NCBI GenBank assembly: GCA_963674735.2
Contig: CAXXQS010000001.1
Span: forward strand, 480,001 to 544,000
DNA from: Myxococcota bacterium
GTDB lineage: Bacteria; Myxococcota_A; SURF-8
Reading direction: 5' to 3'
DNA: 64,000 nucleotides
The translations under genes and the position numbers were made by a program. Positions 1 to 9,995 of the stretch are shown here, piece by piece (the stretch's first letter is position 1; every line of letters begins with the position of its first letter). The notes beneath the pieces were generated by a model, which was given only the letters and a program-made list of their open reading frames with translations, had not been told where the DNA came from and did not search any database.

Positions 1-26
1 ATATCGTTCTGATATCGGACGTATTT

Positions 27-425
27 TCAGCTACTTCCCCACTTGGTGAGTTCCACGATCAGGAAATAAAGCATGCCGCCGCCCAGCGCGAACAGGTTGA
101 GTGTAGCCAGTTTCGCTTGGCCGATATGTGTGTGTATGGCTTGGGAAAGTTTTGGAAGTCTTGCCACAGCGTAGCCGATAAAGAACCCGGCAAAACCGTT
201 TAGCAGCAGTCCGAAATAGCCCATCTTGATGGCGTCGGGGGGAGGCGAAAAGGTGAAACGGGTTTCGACCGGCAGGTAGATCGGCTTGGGCGCGCCCAGC
301 CAGTCGGACAAGGTATAGACGAGCAGAAAACCGAAAAGTCCGGTCAACAGGGCGGTGTGATGCCGGTTGTCGGGTGGGGGCGTTTGGTTTGCGGGGGGTG
401 GCGAATCGGCTTGTTTCGGGGACAT
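27..425 (-). CDS. hypothetical membrane protein
   Basis: 132-aa ORF with about 3 hydrophobic segments; directly follows the 439-891 ORF on the same strand. Confidence 0.7.
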   Translation of the reverse strand: MSPKQADSPPPANQTPPPDNRHHTALLTGLFGFLLVYTLSDWLGAPKPIYLPVETRFTFSPPPDAIKMGYFGLLLNGFAGFFIGYAVARLPKLSQAIHTHIGQAKLATLNLFALGGGMLYFLIVELTKWGSS

Positions 426-438
426 CGATTTCTCTTTC

Positions 439-891
439 TCAAATGGATCTCAAGCTGACCAAAGCCAACCCGGTGACTGCTGCGAACCAGACGATCAGCA
501 TGAGCGCAACACCCGCGAGGTGGTAGAAGCGGTGAAAGGATTGGGGGGCTCGGATATCGATACGGCGGCTGGCCGGATAGTACCAGAGCAAAAGAGCCAG
601 TCCCAGCGCCAACCAGTGTTCCTTCACTTCAAAGAAGCCGGTTGCCAGCGGGATGGATGAATCGAAGTAAGCGGCGCGAACCGCGACGCGGAAGATGGGG
701 TAGATAGTCACCCCGCCGATGAACGCGATCCAATACAGCCAGAAAAGCACGGCGGCATACCGTTTTTGCAAAACCGGTCGGCGAAAATCGCCGAAAAGGT
801 GATAGAGAGCCAGGATTCCATTATGCGTGGCGACCCCCAACAGGGTGAGGGAGCAAATAGCGTGCGCGATCAGCAGGACTTTGACAAACAT
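439..891 (-). CDS. hypothetical membrane protein (about 4 TM)
   Basis: 150-aa hydrophobic ORF; GGAG SD-like sequence upstream. Confidence 0.75.
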   Translation of the reverse strand: MFVKVLLIAHAICSLTLLGVATHNGILALYHLFGDFRRPVLQKRYAAVLFWLYWIAFIGGVTIYPIFRVAVRAAYFDSSIPLATGFFEVKEHWLALGLALLLWYYPASRRIDIRAPQSFHRFYHLAGVALMLIVWFAAVTGLALVSLRSI

Positions 892-1025
892 ACGAACTCC
901 CGGTTGGCGGATGGGCGACGAGTCACAGGACTGTAAAATCAGCCGGGAAAAATGTCAAGCTTCCGCTGTCGTCTCTCAGGGCGATTCAATTCTGATTGAG
1001 TCTCGAATAATCTTCGATTGATTAT

Positions 1026-1101
1026 GGGTGGCACGGGCTAAACCGTCAGGTTTGCCCGTGAAAACAGCATGGGCAAGCCAAAGACTTGGCCCATGGCACC
1101 C
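1026..1101. repeat. REP-like multi-hairpin palindromic element
   Basis: CACGGGC-TAAACC..GGTTT-GCCCGTG hairpin, then CATGGGC-AAG..CTT-GGCCCATG hairpin, enclosed by GGGTG...CACCC. Confidence 0.55.
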
Positions 1102-1156
1102 CGTAAACCGAATTATCGTGGGTGGAAAACGGTGAAAAGCTTAGAATTGAAACGCC

Positions 1157-2023
1157 CTATGTCGTCTCTGCCGGAGCGAATTGGATCTCCCGCCCGACCT
1201 CGATGGTTTCGTAGTTGTCACCGAAGAATTCTTCGAAAACGTGCATGGCTTCGTCGGTCGAATCGTGTCCCGACAGCGCCAGCCGTTCAACGCCGCGTCG
1301 GCGCATCGTTTCCGCGCCGTGCCGGGCGTCGCTTAAGGTCAAGCTGGGGAAGGGCCGCGGGCCGATACCGAAGTACTTTTGCAAGGGAATCCCCAGCAGG
1401 TGCAGGCGGGAGCCGTTGACCGGATAATGCAACCCGCCCACGACGGTCGCCGGGGGTTCTCCACAGTATGCCTCAACCTGGTCGAGGATTGCCGGGATAC
1501 CCGGATGTCCGCATCCGACCATGGCCACCGGACCGCTGCCGATCGGTTTGGCCACCAGGATCATTTCCGCGCAATTGCCCATCAGCCATAATTTGCGTGT
1601 CAGCGGTGGCAAAGCCCAGAGTCCGGGGATGATTTCGGTCGGCTCGGTCACCACGACGGTTTCGCGGGTCGGAGACCGAAAGGGCTGTGGAGTGAAGACA
1701 CGCCAGTTCGGTTCTTGGGTCGGTTGTGAGGAAAGGCGGTAGGACTGTTGTTTCTGAGCTTTGAGGCCGCCGACGTGATCCAGATGATGATGCGAGATAA
1801 CCAACGCGTCGATTTCGGAGAGCGGTACGTCGAGAGCGGTCATATTGCGCAACAGCGGCGAGGGATGCTCACGGCGGCGATTCAATCCGAGATCGAAGAG
1901 CGCCTGTTTGCCGTTTACCCGGATCAGGTAGGAAACACCGGCTTCGCCGCACAGATCGGGGCGTGCCGTATGCCAGTCGATCAGGGGGAGAATGGAGAAT
2001 GATTCGAGTTCGGTCAGATGCAT
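1157..2023 (-). CDS. MBL-fold metallo-hydrolase
   Basis: LFDLG, SHHHLDHVGG (HxHxDH), GCGHPG and GGLH motifs. Confidence 0.9.
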   Translation of the reverse strand: MHLTELESFSILPLIDWHTARPDLCGEAGVSYLIRVNGKQALFDLGLNRRREHPSPLLRNMTALDVPLSEIDALVISHHHLDHVGGLKAQKQQSYRLSSQPTQEPNWRVFTPQPFRSPTRETVVVTEPTEIIPGLWALPPLTRKLWLMGNCAEMILVAKPIGSGPVAMVGCGHPGIPAILDQVEAYCGEPPATVVGGLHYPVNGSRLHLLGIPLQKYFGIGPRPFPSLTLSDARHGAETMRRRGVERLALSGHDSTDEAMHVFEEFFGDNYETIEVGREIQFAPAETT

Positions 2024-2116
2024 ATCATCCTCGATTCGCGTTGGTCGGCCAAACGCTACTTGAGTCGCGGCAAAAGCTCGTGGATCGTCTGCGCTTGCTC
2101 ACCGGACAAGCCGCGA

Positions 2117-3046
2117 TCAGTCGGCTTTTTCATCGGCCGGACAAAGTGAGGATGGAAACGCGCCGTGCGTGTAGAAGTGTTCGAGCAATCGATCCTTTTC
2201 TTCAAACCGGTCCGTGATCCAACGCGCCAGAGCTTCGCTCTCCTGGGGTAATTCTTCCATGGCGAAGCGACGGACGTGCAAGTGGGTTTTGTGCACGTAA
2301 CCTTTGATCCACTGCCAGAGTGTCGGAACGCCGTCTACGTAAGCGATCGTGACATCATACACGGCTTCCGCCCGTTCGCGCAGGCTTTCGATGGTGACGA
2401 CAAAGCCTTTGGTGCGTGGAATCAAGACATGTTGGAGCGGCTTGAGCCCGATTTTCTTGGCGAAGGCCTGGCTGCGGGTGATCTTCTCCGGCTTGACACG
2501 GGTGCCTTCGGCGAAGTTGATGACCCAGAACGGCATGCGATATTTCAACAGCGTTTCAAAGGTTCGGTGGATTTTTTTTCGGTCGGTGGTCCAGTCGCGC
2601 TTGATGAACAGGCTGTCCAAAAAGAGCAATCCCCAGCCGACTCCGGGGAAATATTTAATGATATCTTTGACATACCATTTCATGTCGCCGAGCCGTTTTT
2701 TGGCCCAGGCGAGGTTGAACAAAACCGGGATGTCGGCCATTTGCTGATGATTCAGAATCACCACGGCGTTTTCCTCTTCCGGGACAACGTCGCCGCTGAA
2801 CTGAACCTGGGAACCATTGATGTGCTTGGCATAGAGCGTACAAGCGCCCCACCAGCAGTTGGCCATGAAGCGGTTGATTTTTCTGAATCCTCGACCCGAA
2901 AAAGGGCGTGCGACCAACGATAGCGTTTGTGCGACGTTAGCCATGATCAGCGTGGAAAAGAATAATCCGGTGGTGATGGAACCGCGACAGAGTCCCACAA
3001 AACGTGCCCAGGCACTACCGGGTTCGGGCAGGGGAGGTAGGGGCAT
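2117..3046 (-). CDS. lysophospholipid / 1-acyl-G3P acyltransferase (PlsC family)
   Basis: NHQQMAD (HxxxxD), FIKRDW, FAEGTR and VLIPRTKGF motifs. Confidence 0.9.
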   Translation of the reverse strand: MPLPPLPEPGSAWARFVGLCRGSITTGLFFSTLIMANVAQTLSLVARPFSGRGFRKINRFMANCWWGACTLYAKHINGSQVQFSGDVVPEEENAVVILNHQQMADIPVLFNLAWAKKRLGDMKWYVKDIIKYFPGVGWGLLFLDSLFIKRDWTTDRKKIHRTFETLLKYRMPFWVINFAEGTRVKPEKITRSQAFAKKIGLKPLQHVLIPRTKGFVVTIESLRERAEAVYDVTIAYVDGVPTLWQWIKGYVHKTHLHVRRFAMEELPQESEALARWITDRFEEKDRLLEHFYTHGAFPSSLCPADEKAD

Positions 3047-3344
3047 AATGACGATACTCCTCGATTATCGATCTGCGTTCTTCGCGACTGCAATTGTCTT
3101 TCGTTTCGACCTAAGAAAGTTGAAAATAAACCGAAAACCGGGGTCTGTCAACGAAACAAAACGGAAAGTCGGGAGCGGTTGTTTGGCCGATAATCGCCCT
3201 TTGCCGAGTTGGGTTGGCTCTCTTTGCGTTTACACCGCGTGGTTTCTTTATATGTTGAGTCGTCATTTTGTCGGGTTACAATATAATGTTTTGCGGAAAA
3301 AGATCGTTTCGCTGGCATTTGAATGAAGAATTGATAAAAAAAGA

Positions 3345-3372
3345 TTGACAAATACCATTAAATAGATAATGT
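3345..3372 (+). promoter_or_regulatory. putative sigma70 promoter for the MATE leader
   Basis: TTGACA-16 nt-TAATGT in an AT-rich intergenic region. Confidence 0.45.
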
Positions 3373-3420
3373 AGTCGATGTTATTCAAGGGCATTGTTCC
3401 CGATAGATGGAGAGTGTTAG

Positions 3421-3483
3421 ATGAACTCTTGCAAATTCCAAATCCCGACCGTTGATGGAGGGAAAGGTATGAGTATGCTCTAG
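3421..3483 (+). CDS. putative 20-aa leader peptide MNSCKFQIPTVDGGKGMSML
   Basis: GGAGAG SD then an ATG...TAG reading frame, just before an intrinsic terminator upstream of the MATE gene. Confidence 0.4.
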   Translation: MNSCKFQIPTVDGGKGMSML

Positions 3484-3504
3484 CGCTTGACGAATATTGA
3501 CTCT

Positions 3505-3543
3505 AAAAGGCCGGTTCGCTAGCGCGAATCGGCCTTTTTTATT
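3505..3543 (+). terminator. intrinsic terminator / attenuator upstream of the MATE gene
   Basis: AAAAGGCCGGTTCGC-TAGC-GCGAATCGGCCTTTTTT hairpin followed by a U-tract. Confidence 0.75.
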
Positions 3544-3594
3544 GTCTTCGCACCGGTTTCGGACGGAGACAGATGCTTGATAGCGGAGTTTGAG

Positions 3595-4944
3595 ATGTTG
3601 GTAAAAGGTGGAAAACGGGAGGTGGCGCAGTTGGCCTGGCCCATGGCGGTGGGCATGCTGTCGTACACGTTGATGGGAGTGGTGGATACCCTGTTTATGG
3701 GTTATGTCGGAACGAACGCCCAGGCCGGGGTCGGCTTGGCCACCACATTTTTCTTTTTGTTCCTGGCTTTTTTCGGCGGAATCGTTCAAGGCGCGCAGAG
3801 CTTGGTTGCGGCTGCCGATGGCGCGCAGGATAACCGACGGATTCGTTTGGCGGGCGGGGCCGGAGTCGTGTTGGGTGTCGTTTGCGGTGTCGTGGCTGTG
3901 CTGCTGTTGGCCGTGGGGTATCGGCCGCTTTTAGACTTGACCGTCTCCGATCCGCAGATCGCCGCGGCCACTTCGCGTTATCTGCAGATGCGCCTGGGCG
4001 GCCTTCCCTTCACGTTGGTCGGGATGGGGTTGGTGGGCGTCTTGCAAGGTCTTGGTGATACGCGGACGCGCATGTGGGTGAGCCTGATTGGAAACGGCGT
4101 CAATATCATGCTCGACTCGGTGCTGATATTCGGTTTCTATCCCATTCCCGAGATGGGGGAGGCGGGAGCCGGTCTGGCGACGGCCATCAGCGCGTTTGTG
4201 ATGGCCTCACTATATTTGATGCGTTACGTCGAGCGGTTGAAATGGCCGATCAGGCCTACACGCGAAGTGGTTCGCAGCGCAATCAAGTTGGGGATGCCCA
4301 TGGGTGCCATGCATGCCATGAGCGTTCTGGCGTTCGTCGTGATGAGCCTCATTCTCGCTCGGATCGGTGCGGTGCACCTGGCCGCCAGCGAGATTGTGCT
4401 GCATGTCATTTCCCTGAGTTTTCTGCCCGGATTCGGGATCAGTGAAGCGGGTGGGATTCTGGTGGGGCGTTATCTCGGGGCCGGGGAACCGCAGACGGCG
4501 GGTCGCGCGTTGAACTCAGCCCGGTTGCTGGCCATGATTCTCATGGGTGCCTGTGGCGTACTGTTCGCCGTGAAAGGCGATTGGATCGTGATGATGTTTA
4601 CGCGCGATCCCGAGGTGGTGGCATTGGCCGCGAACCTGATGCTGTATGCCGCCGTTTTCCAGGTGTGCGACGCCATCGCCATGGTGCATATCTGTGCCCT
4701 GCGTGGCGCCGGTGACACCACCTATACCATGTGGGTGACATCGTTGTGCGCCTGGGTGTTCACGGTGCCTTGCGCCTGGTTTTTCGGCATGCATGCCGGA
4801 TGGGGCGCGCCGGGGGCCTACTTGGGATTGACGCTCGAAATCATCGTCTTGTCCTTCGTCACTTACTGGCGCGTTCGTCGAATCGGACAGGGAACGCTCG
4901 GGAGGCTCGATTTGCTTCTCGGTGAAAAAGAACCGGTCGTGTAA
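3595..4944 (+). CDS. MATE family efflux transporter
   Basis: LAWP, VDTLFMG, QGLGDTRT, GEAGAGLAT and LRGAGDT motifs; about 12 TM; GGAG SD before ATG 3595. Confidence 0.93.
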   Translation: MLVKGGKREVAQLAWPMAVGMLSYTLMGVVDTLFMGYVGTNAQAGVGLATTFFFLFLAFFGGIVQGAQSLVAAADGAQDNRRIRLAGGAGVVLGVVCGVVAVLLLAVGYRPLLDLTVSDPQIAAATSRYLQMRLGGLPFTLVGMGLVGVLQGLGDTRTRMWVSLIGNGVNIMLDSVLIFGFYPIPEMGEAGAGLATAISAFVMASLYLMRYVERLKWPIRPTREVVRSAIKLGMPMGAMHAMSVLAFVVMSLILARIGAVHLAASEIVLHVISLSFLPGFGISEAGGILVGRYLGAGEPQTAGRALNSARLLAMILMGACGVLFAVKGDWIVMMFTRDPEVVALAANLMLYAAVFQVCDAIAMVHICALRGAGDTTYTMWVTSLCAWVFTVPCAWFFGMHAGWGAPGAYLGLTLEIIVLSFVTYWRVRRIGQGTLGRLDLLLGEKEPVV

Positions 4945-4946
4945 CC

Positions 4947-4986
4947 CGGCGGATGATCCATGGAAAAAGCCATGGGTCGTCCGCCG
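4947..4986 (+). terminator. stem-loop downstream of the MATE gene
   Basis: CGGCGGATGATCCATGG-AAAAAG-CCATGGGTCGTCCGCCG. Confidence 0.5.
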
Positions 4987-5102
4987 TGCTTCGGCGGGTT
5001 GCTTTTTGCTGGCCTCGAAGCGATAGACCGCGCTAAGATTACCCGGCTTATATGATTTGGTTTGATGGGTCAGGCGATGCGGATTCGATAGGTGAAGACG
5101 AC

Positions 5103-6272
5103 ATGCAGATCTCGGCGATTACCACCTATTTTCTCAGTGGAACGGGCAACACCCGGCGCGTGGCGTCCTGGATGGCCGATGAAGCCGTGCGGGACGGAGT
5201 TCGAACAACGTTGGTTCCCATCGACAAGGTTCGTCCGCAGGATTGGCAAGCGCAAGCCACAGGTCGCGACCATTTGTTGCTTTTAGCCGCTCCCACCCAT
5301 GGTTTCACGACGCCTTGGGTCATGCTGCTGTTCGCACTGGCGCTTCCACGGGGACACGGGATGTCGGCGGCGGTTGTCGCCACACGCGCCGGAATGCGCT
5401 GGGGCTGGTTCGAGCCGATGGGAGTGGCGGGGAGCAATCCTTTCTTGTTGGCGTTGATTTTGTGGGTGAAGGGTTACCGCGTAAGGGGCGTTTTACCGGT
5501 CAATATGCCGTCGAACTGGTTGTCGCTGCACTGGGGCTTGCATCCCCGCAATATCGCGCGTTGCCTGTCCGTCAACGAACCGAAAACACGGCACTTTATG
5601 CGACGTTTACTTCAGGGAAAACGGACCTGGCTGACGGTCAGCAACCTGCTTGAGTTTTTCTTTGCCGTCGTCCTGTCGCCGGTATCGGCCCTGTATCTGA
5701 TTATCGGACGACGCTGGCTTGCCAAGCTGTTTTTCGCCAACTCCGATTGCATCGGTTGCGGTCTTTGCGCACGGACTTGCCCGGTCGGCGCGATTCGCAT
5801 GCTGGGACCGGAGAACAAGCGACGACCGTATTGGCGGTTGCATTGCGAGTCGTGTATGCGCTGCATGGCGTACTGTCCGCAGCAAGCTGTCGAGGCGGGG
5901 CATTCCTGGGCGTTGATTTCCTGGTATGGGATCGGCGCGCCCGTTGCGGCCTTTGCGGTTCCGTTTGTTTTGGCCTCCATTCCCGGTTTGGATCGGCTGA
6001 ATCTGCCGCTGCTTGTTTCGGCGCTTGAGATGTTGTTTTTCATTCCCCTGCTGGTGCTGGCATATTGGGGATTGCACTATTTGATCGCAATTCCTTTTTT
6101 CAATCGCCTGTTTACCTGGACCACCCTGACGCACTGGTGGCGACGTTATCAGGAACCGACCACTCGCCTGACCGAGTTGACGCGCATCTCGGAGCGGCTG
6201 CCGGACAGCCGTGTTTCGGAAGAACCCGGCGGCATTCGTTCGGCACCTGTATTGCTCTCTAAGAAAGAATAA
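5103..6272 (+). CDS. EFR1-family flavodoxin-like / 4Fe-4S ferredoxin protein
   Basis: YFLSGTGNT flavodoxin loop, MPSNW, and two CxxCxxCxxxCP motifs (CIGCGLCARTCP, CESCMRCMAYCP). Confidence 0.85.
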   Translation: MQISAITTYFLSGTGNTRRVASWMADEAVRDGVRTTLVPIDKVRPQDWQAQATGRDHLLLLAAPTHGFTTPWVMLLFALALPRGHGMSAAVVATRAGMRWGWFEPMGVAGSNPFLLALILWVKGYRVRGVLPVNMPSNWLSLHWGLHPRNIARCLSVNEPKTRHFMRRLLQGKRTWLTVSNLLEFFFAVVLSPVSALYLIIGRRWLAKLFFANSDCIGCGLCARTCPVGAIRMLGPENKRRPYWRLHCESCMRCMAYCPQQAVEAGHSWALISWYGIGAPVAAFAVPFVLASIPGLDRLNLPLLVSALEMLFFIPLLVLAYWGLHYLIAIPFFNRLFTWTTLTHWWRRYQEPTTRLTELTRISERLPDSRVSEEPGGIRSAPVLLSKKE

Positions 6273-6420
6273 ATAACGAGATAAGTATTATGCGTATGTA
6301 ATGTAAAGATCTGTAAAAACAAGGGAATATAACGATTGTGTAAATTAAATCGTTCTCTACGGAGAAATTAATGGTGAAAAAATACTTGCCTTGGCGAAAG
6401 GGTTCTGGCAGACTGGATTC

Positions 6421-7266
6421 ATGAAACGGACGGCACTGGACATCTATCAATATACCGACTATCGCGACTATCTAAAGGATCGTCTGGCCGAACTGAAAGC
6501 ACAGGACCGAAAGTATTCGCTCCGCTTTCTGGCCAAGAAGCTGGGGTTGTCGTCCAACAGCCATCTCAAGATGGTTATGGATGGCGATCACAACCTCTCG
6601 CTCGAACTCGGGCGCAAGCTGGCCGATTTTCTGAATCTGCGCAAGCAGGAAACCGATTTCTTCCTGATTTTGGTCCGGTATTGCCAGGCTAAAACGACCC
6701 GCGATAAAACCGAGGCCCTGGAGGATCTGCGCCGGGTGTCCCAGTTTGTCAAGATCCATCGGCTGGCTCTGGATCAGTTCGACTATTACAACGACCCGTT
6801 GACCCTGGTGTTGCGCGAGATGGTGGTGTTGCCCGGTTTCCAGGAAGATCCGGCTTGGATTGCCCAATATCTGCCGTTCAAAGCGACTGCCAAAGAGGTG
6901 AGAGAAGCGATTGACAAACTGTTGCGCCAGGGTTTGCTTGTGCGTAACGGAAACGGACGGCTGAAAGTCACCGAATCGCACATCACCACCGGGGATGGAT
7001 TTGGGGCCGTTACGTTGAAGGGATATTATCAAAACGCCTTCAACGGGGCGCTCGAAGCGCTCGATCTTTCCAGTGACAAACGCCACTTGGGCGGAATGTC
7101 GATGGCTGTTTCGGAAGAAACCTATGAAAAGATTGTGGATCATTTCAAGGATTTTCTCAATACGGTTCGAGCGGAAGTGGATGCGGATCACCAGCCGCGT
7201 CGGGTTTACCAGCTGGTGATGGGATGTTTCCCTTTGACAAAAGAAGTATTGCCCAACGGTGAATGA
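6421..7266 (+). CDS. TIGR02147-family protein (HTH + DUF4423)
   Basis: IYQYTDYRDYL..YSLRFLAKKLGLSS N-terminus; C-terminal VYQLVMGCFPLT. Confidence 0.85.
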   Translation: MKRTALDIYQYTDYRDYLKDRLAELKAQDRKYSLRFLAKKLGLSSNSHLKMVMDGDHNLSLELGRKLADFLNLRKQETDFFLILVRYCQAKTTRDKTEALEDLRRVSQFVKIHRLALDQFDYYNDPLTLVLREMVVLPGFQEDPAWIAQYLPFKATAKEVREAIDKLLRQGLLVRNGNGRLKVTESHITTGDGFGAVTLKGYYQNAFNGALEALDLSSDKRHLGGMSMAVSEETYEKIVDHFKDFLNTVRAEVDADHQPRRVYQLVMGCFPLTKEVLPNGE

Positions 7267-7318
7267 ACCGTTACAATCAGCTAGAGTGTCTGCAAGTACG
7301 AGCAGGAGAGGTGGTATC

Positions 7319-7471
7319 ATGAAATTGAAGATGTGGATTCTGGGAGCGGCGATTCTTGTCTTGTCGGGTGTGGCTTCGGTTGGTTGGATGTCTGTGGCCA
7401 CCGGCAACGATATCTGCACGCTTTCCAGCAACACCTCCACCGTCGGCAATCCGATTATCCGCCAAGGTTGA
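7319..7471 (+). CDS. small putatively secreted peptide (50 aa)
   Basis: strong SD AGGAGAGG; signal-peptide-like N-terminus; mature part ends TSTVGNPIIRQG. Confidence 0.5.
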   Translation: MKLKMWILGAAILVLSGVASVGWMSVATGNDICTLSSNTSTVGNPIIRQG

Positions 7472-7838
7472 GCGATCGGGTTGCAACCCTCGGCCGTTTT
7501 GGCCCGGCCGACGTCGGTCGGCGGGCTTATTTCGGTGAGGATAGCAGGACGGTACCGATCAAAATTCAAACCATATTATAAATAATAAAAAATATGAAAT
7601 AACGGCGGGGCGGGGGGTTGTTTCAGGAATGTGAAACCGGCCGTTCGTGGTTTCAGGCCACGTCATGAAAGACTGACTGGCGTCTGGGCGGCGTGCGAAA
7701 GAGGTGGACGCTCCGCCCAATGTGTGGCATGACTAAGTCGTGCAGTTTTGTCAACCGGATCGACGGTTGAGGGTGAAAGAAGGAAACAGACGGTCGCCTT
7801 GTAAGCGACGAAAACCGATAGCATAAAGGAGCGGGAAA

Positions 7839-9944
7839 ATGAAACGGCAATGGCTGTTGATTTGGGGACTGTTGACTGTGTTGCTGGTTGCGTGTACGCC
7901 CAAGGCGGTCGTGAAAGATGATGCCTCGGTCGCGGACCAGACGCTCGCCGCCGTTCCCGCCGAAGCCGATGTTCCCTTGATCGAACGGGATATGTTTTTC
8001 GGTAATCCCGATATCGTGGGGGTGCGGTTGAGCCCCGATGGCCGCTGGATCAGCTATGTCGCGCCGCACGAAGGAGTCTTGAACGTTTGGGTCGCACCGG
8101 CCGGGAACATGGCGGCGGCCCGAGTGGTGACGAATGACAAAGGGCGTGGAATTACCAGCTATCACTGGGCTTTCAGCAATCGACATATTGTCTACCTGCA
8201 GGATCAGGGCGGCGATGAAAACTGGCAGATTTTCGGTGTGGATCTGCAGACGCGCCAATCGACCCTGTTTACCCCGGCCGATAAAGTGCAGGCGAACATC
8301 GTAAAGGTGAGCCACAAATTCCCTGAAGAGATTTTGATCGGGTTGAACGACCGCAATCCGCAATACCACGACATCTACCGCCTCAATATCGTCAGTGGCG
8401 AAAAAACGCTGGTGATCAAAAACGACGGCTTCGGCTCCTTCGTTTTCGACGACGATTACAAGCTGCGTTTTGCTGACCGGCCTACGCCCGAGGGTGGATT
8501 CGAGCTGCTTGAATACAAGGAGGACGGCACCTGGGCGTCGTACATGGACGTGAGCATGGAAGACGCATTCAGCACCAGCTTGATCGATTTGACGCCGGAT
8601 GGCCAGGGTGCGTACATGATCAGCAGTATCGGACGCAACACGGCGGCGCTGGTCGAGCTGACACTGGCGGACAAATCCATGCGTGTTCTGGCCGAAGATC
8701 CGAAGGCCGATGTCACCTCCGTGATGATTCACCCCGTTACTAAAAAAGTCGAGGGTGTGCGGGTGGAATTCGAGCGCAACGAGTGGACGTTCATGGATGA
8801 AGCGGTAAAGGCCGATTTCGAAACCTTGAAGGCCGTGCGCTCGGGCGATCTGTGGATCACCAGCCGCACGCTGGATGATCGCCGTTGGATAGCGGTCTTC
8901 GATCAGGATAACGGCCCGGTGTTGTTCTACCTCTATGACCGCGACCGTCGGAAGGCCGATTTCTTGTTCGCCCATCGCCCCAAGCTGCAGACGCTGCCGC
9001 TCACACATATGTATCCCACCGTTATCAAATCACGCGACGGTCTCGATCTGGTCGCCTATTACTCCCTGCCGGCCTGGGAAGACCATAACGGTGCTCCCGC
9101 GAAGCCGTTGCCCTTGGTTCTGGTCGTGCATGGCGGTCCCTGGTATCGCGACAGTTGGGGCTACGATCCCTTCCATCAGTGGATGAGCAATCGCGGGTTT
9201 GCCGTTCTCAGCGTCAACTTCCGCGGCTCCACCGGCTTCGGCAAAGATTTCGTCAATGCCGCCAATCGGGAATGGGGTGGCAAGATGCATGACGATCTGA
9301 TCGATGCGGTAGACTGGGCGGTGGCACAGAAGATCGCCGATCCCGAACGGGTCGCTATTTTCGGAGGCAGTTACGGAGGCTACGCCACCTTGGTGGGGAT
9401 GACGTTCACTCCCGAGCGTTTTGCCTGCGGGGTGGACCTGGTCGGACCGTCCAACCTGGTTACCTTCCTCAATGCAATTCCGCCATATTGGACGCCCTAT
9501 CTGGAGATGTTCACCAAGCGGGTGGGCGATCACCGCACCGACGACGGCCGTCAGTTCCTGATGTCCCGCTCTCCCATCACGTTTGTCGATAAAATCGCGC
9601 GTCCCTTGTTGATCGGGCAGGGGGCCAATGATCCGCGCGTGGTCAAGAACGAGTCGGACCAGTTGGCCAAGGCCATGCAGGAGCGTAACATTCCGGTAAC
9701 CTATGTCTTGTATCCGGATGAGGGGCACGGCTTCAAACGGCCGGAGAATCGGCAGTCGTTTTTCGCGATTACGGAAGTGTTCCTGGCGGATTGCCTGGGG
9801 GGACGTTCCGAGCCGATCGGCGCTTCTTTCCCGGGATCATCCATACAGGTGCCGGTCGGGGCGTCGTCCATTCCCGGTCTTCTGGAGGCATTGGAACCCC
9901 CGGCGGCGGTGAAAACCGAATCCGAGAATCCCGTTCAGCCATAA
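7839..9944 (+). CDS. S9 family (prolyl oligopeptidase-like) peptidase, lipoprotein
   Basis: LVAC lipobox; HGGP, GGSYGG, GANDPRV and DEGHGF motifs give the Ser-Asp-His triad. Confidence 0.95.
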   Translation: MKRQWLLIWGLLTVLLVACTPKAVVKDDASVADQTLAAVPAEADVPLIERDMFFGNPDIVGVRLSPDGRWISYVAPHEGVLNVWVAPAGNMAAARVVTNDKGRGITSYHWAFSNRHIVYLQDQGGDENWQIFGVDLQTRQSTLFTPADKVQANIVKVSHKFPEEILIGLNDRNPQYHDIYRLNIVSGEKTLVIKNDGFGSFVFDDDYKLRFADRPTPEGGFELLEYKEDGTWASYMDVSMEDAFSTSLIDLTPDGQGAYMISSIGRNTAALVELTLADKSMRVLAEDPKADVTSVMIHPVTKKVEGVRVEFERNEWTFMDEAVKADFETLKAVRSGDLWITSRTLDDRRWIAVFDQDNGPVLFYLYDRDRRKADFLFAHRPKLQTLPLTHMYPTVIKSRDGLDLVAYYSLPAWEDHNGAPAKPLPLVLVVHGGPWYRDSWGYDPFHQWMSNRGFAVLSVNFRGSTGFGKDFVNAANREWGGKMHDDLIDAVDWAVAQKIADPERVAIFGGSYGGYATLVGMTFTPERFACGVDLVGPSNLVTFLNAIPPYWTPYLEMFTKRVGDHRTDDGRQFLMSRSPITFVDKIARPLLIGQGANDPRVVKNESDQLAKAMQERNIPVTYVLYPDEGHGFKRPENRQSFFAITEVFLADCLGGRSEPIGASFPGSSIQVPVGASSIPGLLEALEPPAAVKTESENPVQP

Positions 9945-9995
9945 TGATCCGAGGGGTTGTGCGACTTCTTTTTTAGGGTGAAAGCGGTAGACGAC

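Noticed and set aside
7655-7735. Possible structured ncRNA or riboswitch upstream of the S9 peptidase
   Set aside because: Some pairing (GGGCGG/CCGCCC, GTCATG/CATGAC) but no recognisable family consensus; expected by chance at this GC content.
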